Part shown: one piece after another, positions 15,875 through 23,866 of the stretch
How the letters are laid out: each line of letters starts with the position of its first letter
How positions within the stretch are numbered: position 1 is the stretch's first letter
Virus record (IMG/VR): IMGVR_UViG_3300037780_000117
Span: 1 to 39,019 of that record
DNA: 39,019 nt
Reading direction: 5' to 3' (one strand)
Source of the DNA: a virus
Taxonomy: Duplodnaviria; Caudoviricetes
The notes under the pieces: generated by a model
Told to the model about the DNA's origin: nothing
Databases searched by the model: none
The model's input: the letters and a program-made list of their open reading frames with translations, nothing else
Position numbers and translations under genes: made by a program

Positions 15875-17105
15875 ACCGCACGCGCGGCTTCTCCGGGGCG
15901 GGCGGCTGCTCCAGCGCCACGTCCAGCCGCTCCTTGAGCCCCCACCGATCCGAGACCACGGCCAGCCATTGCCGCGGCACGTCGAACGCGGCGCGGATGC
16001 CGTTGCCGAACTCGGAATAGCCGGGCACCGAGCCGTTGGCCAGGATGCCCGGCGGCTGCGCGCTGGTGTGATAGTGCCCGATGAGCTTGAGATATGGCGC
16101 CATGCCGGCCGAGCCGTATTGAAGCTGCACCTTGTTGCCGCCCCGAATGATCGGGAGCACCGGCCCGGCGAACCCCTGCCCGCCGCCGGTGCCCATCTTG
16201 TCGCCGTGCGTTACCAGGATCGGGCGGTTGTAGACTGGCAGAAGCGCATCGGGGCCGTCCGCGATCTGGATGCTCACGCGCTCGTCATCGGCGAAGTCCT
16301 TGGCCACCAGCCGAGCGATCATCGTGTCGTAGGAGAGCGCGCCGTATTTCTTGGCCGTGGGCTTCCGGGTGGTGCGGCCATGATTCCCCGGCACCGCCAT
16401 GACGTGCACCTGCCCGTATTCTTCGAGAAGCTGGCGCAGGCAGGCGACGTGCAGCGCCGCCGCACCTTCGACCTGCTCAAGGCTCGTGAGCGCGTTCGTC
16501 TCGCGGAGCTCGTCGTGGATGTCGCCGCTGATCTCGTCGCCGCCCATGGTGTAGAGCACGCCGTCCACGGTGGTGCCCGCCGTCCAGCGCCGGCCGATCT
16601 CGCAGGCCGCGTCCATGAACCGCTTGACGCGGCGGGCACAGACATCCGGATCGTAGCGGTTCCAGCCGTTGATCTCGGTAGGCTGGATCACCTCGCCGTA
16701 GTGCCGGTCGGAGTTGTGGACGATCAGCGTGGCGCGGCCGGGGCCGCCGGTGCGCGGCTTCCACGCCCATTCCGGCGCGCGGATCGTGATGCCGTCCAGC
16801 CCGCCGAGCTCAGACACCAGCCGCTGCATCTCGCCGATCTCGCGGGCCTGCTTCTGCGCGCGGCGGCGCCAGAACGCGGCGTCGTGCTGGTCGATCGGCT
16901 GGCGATCCGGCTGTGGCCTGGCAGCCTTCATCGCCTCGAACCCTGCGCGCACCAGCTCGGCGCGTAGCCGCTGCGCCGTGGCCGGATCGCAGCCGAACTC
17001 GGCGGCGACGGCCGAGGCGGTGCGCTTGCCCGCCCCGTCTGCGAGGGCCTGGGCCAGCTCCAGCTTTTCGGCTGCGGTGAGGTGGCGCCCTCTCACGCGG
17101 CCCAT
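15855..17105 (-). CDS. Calcineurin-like metallophosphoesterase with N-terminal HTH
   Basis: SDRHYGE, GGDEISGDIH, VPGNHG, THGD, GHYH motifs; N-terminal SAVAAEFGCD. Confidence 0.8.
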   Translation of the reverse strand: MGRVRGRHLTAAEKLELAQALADGAGKRTASAVAAEFGCDPATAQRLRAELVRAGFEAMKAARPQPDRQPIDQHDAAFWRRRAQKQAREIGEMQRLVSELGGLDGITIRAPEWAWKPRTGGPGRATLIVHNSDRHYGEVIQPTEINGWNRYDPDVCARRVKRFMDAACEIGRRWTAGTTVDGVLYTMGGDEISGDIHDELRETNALTSLEQVEGAAALHVACLRQLLEEYGQVHVMAVPGNHGRTTRKPTAKKYGALSYDTMIARLVAKDFADDERVSIQIADGPDALLPVYNRPILVTHGDKMGTGGGQGFAGPVLPIIRGGNKVQLQYGSAGMAPYLKLIGHYHTSAQPPGILANGSVPGYSEFGNGIRAAFDVPRQWLAVVSDRWGLKERLDVALEQPPAPEKPRVRFTQTAA

Positions 17106-17106
17106 G

Positions 17107-17388
17107 TCACAGCGCCTCGCCGCGCACCGGCTGATACCACGCCCAGCCGTCGCCGCTTGCCATGACGCACGACACGCCGGTCGGCGTCTCGAACACCAGC
17201 GTCCATGTGCCGGTGTCGGGGTTTGCCCAGGTCTGCACCTGCGCGCCGTTGGGCGCGGGCCCGGTGCTGACCAGGCTCTGCCCGAACTGCGAGTCGAGGA
17301 TGTTGGCGAGGTCGGCACGCTCGACGCAGACTTGCGCGGATGCGGCCACGGGCATACACACCGCGAGCGCGGCGGCTAGTCGTCTCAT
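17107..17388 (-). CDS. Small secreted two-Cys protein
   Basis: Signal peptide ending ASA-QV; C..GTWTLV..GVSCVMASG; AGGAG RBS. Confidence 0.75.
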   Translation of the reverse strand: MRRLAAALAVCMPVAASAQVCVERADLANILDSQFGQSLVSTGPAPNGAQVQTWANPDTGTWTLVFETPTGVSCVMASGDGWAWYQPVRGEAL

Positions 17389-17441
17389 AGCAAAATCTCC
17401 TGAGAATGAGCGGCGAGGGGTGGCAGCCCCGTGCCGCCGCG

Positions 17442-17702
17442 TTATTCGCGCGGCTCACCCATCGACATGGCAAGCCGCTGTTGCTCCCGCTGCGCTGTCA
17501 CGGCCTGCTGTAGCTGCCACGTCAGCACGCGGATCAGGTCGGCCTGCGCCTCGATGCCCATGGCCACTTGTTTGGCCATTTGATCGGAGTGCGCCCAGCG
17601 GTCGCGTGGCAAGCCCTTGCGCCGCCTCCGAGCGTATTCGGTGGCCGCTTCGATGTCCGCTTTGTGCGTCTCCATGATGTGCAGAAAGTCGTCCATCGTC
17701 AT
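17442..17702 (-). CDS. Hypothetical protein
   Basis: GAGG RBS; ATGA coupling. Confidence 0.6.
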   Translation of the reverse strand: MTMDDFLHIMETHKADIEAATEYARRRRKGLPRDRWAHSDQMAKQVAMGIEAQADLIRVLTWQLQQAVTAQREQQRLAMSMGEPRE

Positions 17703-18370
17703 AGGTTCATGGCCTCTTGCTTTGGTTGCGGCGGCGGTGCCAGATCAAGGCGCGGCTGCGCCATTTCCTTTCGGATGCGCTCGCAGGCGATGTCGAAATA
17801 GTCGGGGTCCAACTCGATGCCGATGAACTTGCGGCCCTCTCGGACGCAGGCAACGCCCGTGGTGCCGGAGCCCATGAAGGGGTCTAGGATCGTCTCGGCG
17901 TCGGGCAGGAAGCCGAGGCACCATTGCATGAGCGCGATGGGCTTTTGGGTGGGGTGTTGCTTGCCGCCGTCCATGTTCATCGGTCGAAAAACGAAACGGC
18001 GGGCAACCATGTCGAGATTGGTCCACGCCATCTCGAAGTCCGCAAAATCGCGTCCGGGGTTGTTTTTGCCCCAAACCAACGGGGCACGGGTCGGCGGGAG
18101 GTCAAAATAGTTGCCGCCCCAAACGATCATCGGCGTCTCTTCGCGGCGCCAAGCGTGGATCAGCGCGGCGGGCGGCGGGGCGTTGTCCCAATCTTTGCCA
18201 CCCATGCCACGCGATACGGCAAGGCGGTTCGATTTCGTTACACCAATCCCATACGGCGGGTCCGTCACCACGGCGTCAACGGCACCGAGCGTCGGCAGCA
18301 CCTCAAGGCAATCGCCCTGATAGAGCACATGCGGCCCGATTTCGACGCGCCGCACCCATGGTTCCGTCAT
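17699..18370 (-). CDS. DNA N4/N6 methyltransferase (beta class)
   Basis: GDCLEVL, VTDPPYG, HPTQKP, LDPFMGSGTTG. Confidence 0.93.
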   Translation of the reverse strand: MTEPWVRRVEIGPHVLYQGDCLEVLPTLGAVDAVVTDPPYGIGVTKSNRLAVSRGMGGKDWDNAPPPAALIHAWRREETPMIVWGGNYFDLPPTRAPLVWGKNNPGRDFADFEMAWTNLDMVARRFVFRPMNMDGGKQHPTQKPIALMQWCLGFLPDAETILDPFMGSGTTGVACVREGRKFIGIELDPDYFDIACERIRKEMAQPRLDLAPPPQPKQEAMNL

Positions 18371-18828
18371 CGCTTCCCCCTCACTCTCGCCCACCACACG
18401 CGGAGCCTGACCTCCAGCCAGTGAAACCGCCGCATGTTCGAGAAGATCGGCTGGGCGGTCCTGCCGAGCCGCCAGTCTTCGCTTGGCGAACGGTTGATGT
18501 TGCAGAGCGTCAGGCCGCGATACCGCAGGCGCGCGTGGTTCCGCCGCCGCCCGTCATGGGCGACGAAAAGGATTTCCACCACCCCGGAGCGCAGGGCCGC
18601 GCGCAACTCGCGCTCGCCGCCGACCATCTCCCGCGCCAGCCCGAGCGCGTAGCCGTCGCAGTCGTCGCGGATCGCCATGCCGGGCACACGCTTCGGAATG
18701 CCCCACACCTCGGCATAGCCGCCTGTCACCTTGTCGGGCGTCCAAACGAAGCCCTCGGCCCACGCCTTCGCGATGCCGATCTCGGCAGGCGTCCAGACAT
18801 CGCGGGCGGCGGAGAAGTTGAAGGTCAT
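18367..18828 (-). CDS. Hypothetical protein
   Basis: Coupled to both neighbours (TGATG, ATGA). Confidence 0.55.
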   Translation of the reverse strand: MTFNFSAARDVWTPAEIGIAKAWAEGFVWTPDKVTGGYAEVWGIPKRVPGMAIRDDCDGYALGLAREMVGGERELRAALRSGVVEILFVAHDGRRRNHARLRYRGLTLCNINRSPSEDWRLGRTAQPIFSNMRRFHWLEVRLRVWWARVRGKR

Positions 18829-20069
18829 CAGCCGATGTCCGGGCCGCGGTTCACAAGCTGATAGCTGGTGCCGCCGTCTGTGGTCACAATCTCGAACGCC
18901 GCCTTGCGCTGGTAGGCGGGTGGCACGATCACTGGCGCCTCAAGCGCCGCAGGAAAGTTGATCGTGGGCGTGCGGGCGAGGCTGTATTGATACACCGTAT
19001 CTGTGGTTTGGCCCACCACCCAGAAAAGCGTCCCATCGGGATGAATGAAAAGCCCATGCGGGTTAATATCTTGCGAGCTCACGGACACGGCGCCGACATG
19101 TGTCGCCGTCGAAATGTTCCATGCGGTGCCGAGTGTGAACTTGTTAACCTCTCGGCCGTCAGTGCCGACAATAAACATTTCAGTGCCATCAGGCCGAAAA
19201 TGCACTTCTTCGGGGTCGCCTTCTTGTAAAGATACAGAGAGCGTCCGAACGAATGACGCGGTGCTGACGTTCCAAGCGGTGCTCAAATCGTATTCGTGCA
19301 CGTCGCTGCCGCCGGTAATGTACATTTTGGTGCCGTCAGGTCTGAAAAATAGCCCGGACGGCGCAGTGCTTTGGCTGCTCACGCTGAAATTGCGGACGTA
19401 GCTGGCGCTGGAAACGTCCCATGCCGTCGAGAGCGAATACTCGTTCACGTCGTCGCCCGAAGATCCGACGATATACATCGCCGTGCCATCGGCCTTGAAT
19501 GCCAAGCCCGTGGGAAGGCTTTCTTGTGAAGAAACTGAAAACGAATGAACAAACGACGCCGTAGATATGTCCCATTTTACGGACAGGTCGTATTGATTCA
19601 CATCGTCTCCCCCACCGCCTGCGATATACATCTTTGCGCCGTCGTCTCCGAAAACAACATCGGTGGGCTGCAATTCCTCAGACGCAATGCTGAGACTCAC
19701 GCCGCTATATGCCGCCACGCCAAAATTCCAGCCATCGTCCCAATCGTGCTTGATAATCACGGTGGCGCGGTCCACCGTGTCGGGATTGGAAAACACGAAA
19801 TCCGTGGTCTGCTGCGATAGCGTGATCGTGAAAATGTCACCGACGCTGAAATCGACGGTCTGTGTCGCGCCGGTCAGGTTGGCGGTGGTGAGCGAGCCAC
19901 TCGCCTCGCTTTCCTTCGCCATCGCCTCATACGTCCCGGCCCCGGTGCCCACGGCGAGGCGGTCTTCGTCGGTGATGAGATACGGCTCGCCCGCCGCCAA
20001 GCCGTTTGAACCGGCGGCGCTGTCGATCTCGGCGCGGGTGCCGCGCTTGACGCGGAGAGGGGTCGCCAT
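18828..20069 (-). CDS. Fibre tip/receptor-binding protein: Mtd_N-like N-terminus + five-repeat beta-propeller
   Basis: LRVKRGT..LAAGEPYLITDEDRLAVGTG; five ~51-aa repeats with F.PDGT.MY.....YDLSTAW. Confidence 0.75.
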   Translation of the reverse strand: MATPLRVKRGTRAEIDSAAGSNGLAAGEPYLITDEDRLAVGTGAGTYEAMAKESEASGSLTTANLTGATQTVDFSVGDIFTITLSQQTTDFVFSNPDTVDRATVIIKHDWDDGWNFGVAAYSGVSLSIASEELQPTDVVFGDDGAKMYIAGGGGDDVNQYDLSVKWDISTASFVHSFSVSSQESLPTGLAFKADGTAMYIVGSSGDDVNEYSLSTAWDVSSASYVRNFSVSSQSTAPSGLFFRPDGTKMYITGGSDVHEYDLSTAWNVSTASFVRTLSVSLQEGDPEEVHFRPDGTEMFIVGTDGREVNKFTLGTAWNISTATHVGAVSVSSQDINPHGLFIHPDGTLFWVVGQTTDTVYQYSLARTPTINFPAALEAPVIVPPAYQRKAAFEIVTTDGGTSYQLVNRGPDIG

Positions 20070-20072
20070 GGC

Positions 20073-21206
20073 TCAGAACGTCCCCCCGTCCAGCGTCACG
20101 CCCGAGATCGTGCCGCCGGTGATGTTGACGCTGTTCGCGGCTTGGGTGGCGATGCTGCCGAGGCCCAGTGTGCCGCGTGCGGTGGCCGCGTCGGCGTCGT
20201 CCAACAGGGTCCGCGCGAAGGCGGTAAAGCCCGTGGTGGCGAAGCTGTCGGCGCCGTCCGCGTAGATCACCTCATTCGCCGCGACCGTCACGCCCGCCAG
20301 CGCGGTCAGCGTGGCGTCGAGGCCCTGCGCATCGGTGATGCCATAGCCCGCCAGCGTGGTCGGGTTTGTGCCCGCGGTGACGCGCCCGTAGGTGTCCACC
20401 GTCACGCTGCGATAGGTGTCGGGGCTTACCGCCGTGGTGGCAAGGTCGATGCCCGAGGCGCCCACCGTGATCCGGCCGGAGTCGACGGTCTGCACCGAGA
20501 ACTCCGAAGAACTGAGAACAAGCCCGTCGCCGGCGGTGTAGGTCGTGCCGCCGCCGAACACCGAAAAGGTCAGCGACGTGGTATCGAGCGTGATCGCGCC
20601 CGTGGTGGTCAGGACGAACTGCTTGCCGCCGCCGGCCGTGCCTTCCTCCACGAAGGTGAGCGCGCCGCTGGAAACGTCCGCATCGCTGTCGAAATCGCTG
20701 GCCCGCGGCCAGGACGAGGCGTCGGCGATGTAGATGCCGTTGGCGCTGCCCGTGGTCTGATTTTTCACGAGCACCCGGTCGCCCGCCACCACCGACACGC
20801 CGTCGATGGTCTGCTCGCCACTGAGAGTGATGTTGGCCGTGGTCGCCGCCCGGCAGGATGCCTTGAAGTCCAGCCCCGCGCTGATCCCGTCCACATAGGC
20901 TTTCGTCGCCGCGTCGGAATTGGCGGTCGGCGTGCCCACGTTGGTGATCCGATAGCCGTCGAAGCTGATGTTGCCCACCGGCACCGTCAGGTCGGAGAGG
21001 CTGTGGGTGTGATCCGCGTCGGCCTTGGCCGAGCCGCCGAGCGCGACAACTGACGTGGCATCGCCCTCGCCGTCGTCGCCATACCCGCCGTAGAGAATGC
21101 CCTCGTCGGGGTCGCCGCCCATGTTCCAAGCCAGCTCGGCGGTTTTCAGCGCGCTCGGCGCTCCCGCCGCGCCGGTCACGCGGCGCTTGATCCGAATATC
21201 TGCCAT
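20073..21206 (-). CDS. Fibre/decoration protein ending in DGGTF
   Basis: IRIKRR..APSALKTAELAW; DAATKAYVD; KASCRAATTANITLSG..GDRVLVKNQ..NGIY; PTTLAGYGITDA. Confidence 0.78.
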   Translation of the reverse strand: MADIRIKRRVTGAAGAPSALKTAELAWNMGGDPDEGILYGGYGDDGEGDATSVVALGGSAKADADHTHSLSDLTVPVGNISFDGYRITNVGTPTANSDAATKAYVDGISAGLDFKASCRAATTANITLSGEQTIDGVSVVAGDRVLVKNQTTGSANGIYIADASSWPRASDFDSDADVSSGALTFVEEGTAGGGKQFVLTTTGAITLDTTSLTFSVFGGGTTYTAGDGLVLSSSEFSVQTVDSGRITVGASGIDLATTAVSPDTYRSVTVDTYGRVTAGTNPTTLAGYGITDAQGLDATLTALAGVTVAANEVIYADGADSFATTGFTAFARTLLDDADAATARGTLGLGSIATQAANSVNITGGTISGVTLDGGTF

Positions 21207-21217
21207 ATTTCAATCCT

Positions 21218-21406
21218 CTAGAAGTTGCCGCCGTCCACGACTGTGCCAAGATCGCCCGCGTCACCCGGCGGGCCTTGCGGGCCGGGCACGCCGCCCAGCT
21301 CCACCACCTGCACGCCGGTTGCGATCTCCACCGCCACCCCGGCGGCTGTCTCCACGATGATCGCGCCGTCGCCGGTCACGATCTCGATTTCCTGCACCCC
21401 GCTCAT
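21218..21406 (-). CDS. Small collagen-like linker protein ending in DGGNF
   Basis: GVPGPQGPPGDAGD followed by VVDGGNF. Confidence 0.7.
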   Translation of the reverse strand: MSGVQEIEIVTGDGAIIVETAAGVAVEIATGVQVVELGGVPGPQGPPGDAGDLGTVVDGGNF

Positions 21407-21741
21407 GCGAGCCCCCGCGTAATCGGGTCGTCCACCGGGATCGTGAGCCGGAAGCCCATGTGGGTGTCGGGGTCGGTGTCGGTGCGCACCATGTCGAACA
21501 CCACCGTGCCCTCGGCCATGGTGGCGGTCTCGGCTGCGGGGATCTCGATATCGACGTGCTCCGCGTCCACCCGCGTGATCTCGCCGTCGGCGGTGGTGAG
21601 CGTGGCGAGGATGTCCGCTGCGTCCTCGGTGGCGCGCACCTGCCCGGTGAAGGTCGCGCCCTCGTCCACCGCGAGCTTGAGCCGCAGGCGATAGGTGTAG
21701 CCGCGAAGGATAATCGGGCCGTTACGGCGATAAACGGTCAT
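21403..21741 (-). CDS. Putative fibre adaptor (beta-sandwich)
   Basis: ILRGYTY..GQVRAT..LATLTT..VFDM pattern typical of genes preceding collagen fibres. Confidence 0.65.
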   Translation of the reverse strand: MTVYRRNGPIILRGYTYRLRLKLAVDEGATFTGQVRATEDAADILATLTTADGEITRVDAEHVDIEIPAAETATMAEGTVVFDMVRTDTDPDTHMGFRLTIPVDDPITRGLA

Positions 21742-21961
21742 CGCATTCGCGCTCCCATGTCAGGTTCGTTTGAAAGTCGCGGCGCAGGTTCCACGGCGCG
21801 TGCTCGGCCCGCCAGTCGATCTCGGCCTGCGAGAAGCGGCGGGGCTCTTCCACGTCGCAGAACTCCACCCCGGCGTAGATCACCGTGGGCTCACGGGCGC
21901 AGCCAGCCAGGAGGCACGCGGCGCAGATCGTCGCTGTCCATATCGTCCACTGTGCGGTCAC
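21722..21961 (-). CDS. o-spanin (Rz1-like lipoprotein)
   Basis: Lipobox LLAGC; overlaps the 3' end of the i-spanin in another frame; GTG start inferred. Confidence 0.7.
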   Translation of the reverse strand: MTAQWTIWTATICAACLLAGCAREPTVIYAGVEFCDVEEPRRFSQAEIDWRAEHAPWNLRRDFQTNLTWERECDDRLSP

Positions 21962-22133
21962 TCTGCCGGTCCCTTTCGATAGCGCCGAGCCGCCCGGTGC
22001 AGCTCGCCAATTCTGCCCTGAGCGCCGCAGCCTCCGCGCGCAGGGCGGCCGTCTCGCGGGCCTGCCACGCGAAGCCCCCGGCGAAGGCAATCGCCGCGCC
22101 GAGCGCCACTGAGGCCGCCGTGCGCCAGATCAT
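21891..22133 (-). CDS. i-spanin (Rz-like)
   Basis: N-terminal TM followed by coiled coil; follows the endolysin with an ATGA overlap. Confidence 0.72.
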   Translation of the reverse strand: MIWRTAASVALGAAIAFAGGFAWQARETAALRAEAAALRAELASCTGRLGAIERDRQSDRTVDDMDSDDLRRVPPGWLRP

Positions 22134-22933
22134 GTGCGGAGCGTCCGGAGCATCACCACCGCGAGCACCAGCGCGCCAGCGACGATGCACGCGGCCACCG
22201 CATACTGAATCGCCTCGCTGTCCGTCGCGACGAGCGCCGTCGCGAGGCCGCCCGCGCCGGTAAGCGAGCCGAGCGCGCTCTTGTTCGTGGCAAGGTCGCG
22301 CAGCACCGCGCTTGCGCGTTCCTCGCCCGGCGGGGCCTTGGCCGTGGCGTCTGCGCCGGGGCGCGGGTCGGGGATGCCCCCGACGCCTTGCGCGATCCAC
22401 ACCGCCCTGTCGATCACGCCCGTGTCATTGAACTGCACCCCGGCGCGCATCCCCATCACGCGGCGCGTCCAGCCCTTGCCGAAGGTGGGCCAGTGACGGA
22501 GGCGGCGCAGGAACGCCATGCGGCGTGCGCACAGGCTTTCGATCAATGCGGGCACGTCGCGGCCCGCCAGCGCGCCGAGGGTTTGCTGGCCGATGATGCC
22601 GTCTGCCGTGACGCCAAGCTCGCGCTGGAGGTCGCGGGCGGCGCGGGCCGGGCCGCTGTTCACGGCGTAGTCGAACACCGCGTAGTCGAGCCCTGCGGGC
22701 AGATCGTCGCCGCGCACTGCGTTCCAGTATTGGCCCCGGTAGATCGTCGCCACCTCGTCAGATGTGATGTTGGCGACGGGGCGGTTCGGTGCGCCCTTGG
22801 CGCGCAGGTAGCCGGTGAAGGTCGCCTGCGTCACGCCCATGTTTGTCGCGCCGCCGGGGTCTTCGGGGTGGTGGACGTAGCCGCCCTCGTGCGCGAGCAC
22901 CCACGGCATCACGCGTTCGAATGTCTCTCGCAT
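22130..22933 (-). CDS. Endolysin, GH108 family with PG-binding region and C-terminal hydrophobic helices
   Basis: HEGGYVHHPEDPGGATNMGVT, FDYAVNSG, DGIIG, FGKGWTRR. Confidence 0.92.
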   Translation of the reverse strand: MRETFERVMPWVLAHEGGYVHHPEDPGGATNMGVTQATFTGYLRAKGAPNRPVANITSDEVATIYRGQYWNAVRGDDLPAGLDYAVFDYAVNSGPARAARDLQRELGVTADGIIGQQTLGALAGRDVPALIESLCARRMAFLRRLRHWPTFGKGWTRRVMGMRAGVQFNDTGVIDRAVWIAQGVGGIPDPRPGADATAKAPPGEERASAVLRDLATNKSALGSLTGAGGLATALVATDSEAIQYAVAACIVAGALVLAVVMLRTLRT

Positions 22934-22942
22934 CGGTGTCTC

Positions 22943-23260
22943 CTAAAGCGCCTCGCCGGTGGTGATCCGAATTGCAATCGCCACGATCACGCCGCCTGCG
23001 GCCATCGCGCCCATGGCGATGGTGAAGATGGTTCCGATCCAGCCGCGTAGCGAATTGGCGTCCTCGATCCGGGTCTTCGCCGTTGCCCGGTCTTCGGCCT
23101 GCCCGAGCGCGTTGCTCTCCACCACGCTCGGCAGCCGCTGAAGGTGCTTCATGTCCGTTTCGATCCGGGCCATCCGGTCGGCGAGCTTGGCATCAACAAG
23201 CGATTGCGTGTGCGCCTCGATTGCCGCGAGCCGCTGCAAAATCCGGTGTTCGTCCGTCAT
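22943..23260 (-). CDS. Putative holin (C-terminal TM)
   Basis: Coiled coil + TM segment, directly upstream of the endolysin. Confidence 0.55.
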   Translation of the reverse strand: MTDEHRILQRLAAIEAHTQSLVDAKLADRMARIETDMKHLQRLPSVVESNALGQAEDRATAKTRIEDANSLRGWIGTIFTIAMGAMAAGGVIVAIAIRITTGEAL

Positions 23261-23305
23261 GGGCCGCTCCTGTGGTGTGTGGCGCGGCCCATGCCGCTTT
23301 CAGGC

Positions 23306-23800
23306 TCAGTCGTCCGGGTTTTCGTCGCCGTCGTTCGCGAAGCCGCCCGGCGCGCGGGGCGGGCTGTCCTCGCCGTTGTCGCCGTCGTTGTAGCCGCCGC
23401 CGCCGCTCGGGGGCTTCGGGGGCAGGCTGCTGCCGTCGTCGCCGTCGTAGGCACCGCCGGGGCCGGAGCCCACACCGCCGCCGGGGGCGCTGCTGTAGCC
23501 GGTCGCCGGGCCGGGATCGAACACGTCGCCGGGGCGCGGGTCGCCGGGCTTCCACTCGGGCGCGGCGGGCGCGGGCTCGCTGCCTTCGTCGCCGTCGTTC
23601 GCCAGCGCGGCGCGCACCGGGGCCGCCGGGGCGGGGTCGATCACCGCCGTGACGGTGGCGCGCGGCGTCGGTGCGGGGCTGGAAGCCGGGGCCACGGTGT
23701 CAGGCTCGGTGCCGACATTGGCGCCAAGGCCGGAAGGGGGCGAGCACGCCGCAAGCGCGCCCGCTGCGGCAAGCGCCGCGCAGGTCAGAAAAAGTCGCAT
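23306..23800 (-). CDS. Low-complexity Pro/Gly/Asp lipoprotein
   Basis: Lipobox LAAC; AGGAG RBS; four (N/Y)DGD motifs. Confidence 0.72.
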   Translation of the reverse strand: MRLFLTCAALAAAGALAACSPPSGLGANVGTEPDTVAPASSPAPTPRATVTAVIDPAPAAPVRAALANDGDEGSEPAPAAPEWKPGDPRPGDVFDPGPATGYSSAPGGGVGSGPGGAYDGDDGSSLPPKPPSGGGGYNDGDNGEDSPPRAPGGFANDGDENPDD

Positions 23801-23866
23801 ATCAAGCTCCTGTAGGGGTGTTTTCGTCGTGTGGTGCGAGGGCGCGCGGCCCCCTATTCGGGCGGA

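Noticed and set aside
18828-20069. Diversity-generating retroelement target (Mtd-like N-terminus)
   Set aside because: No reverse transcriptase and no TR/VR pair differing at adenines was seen
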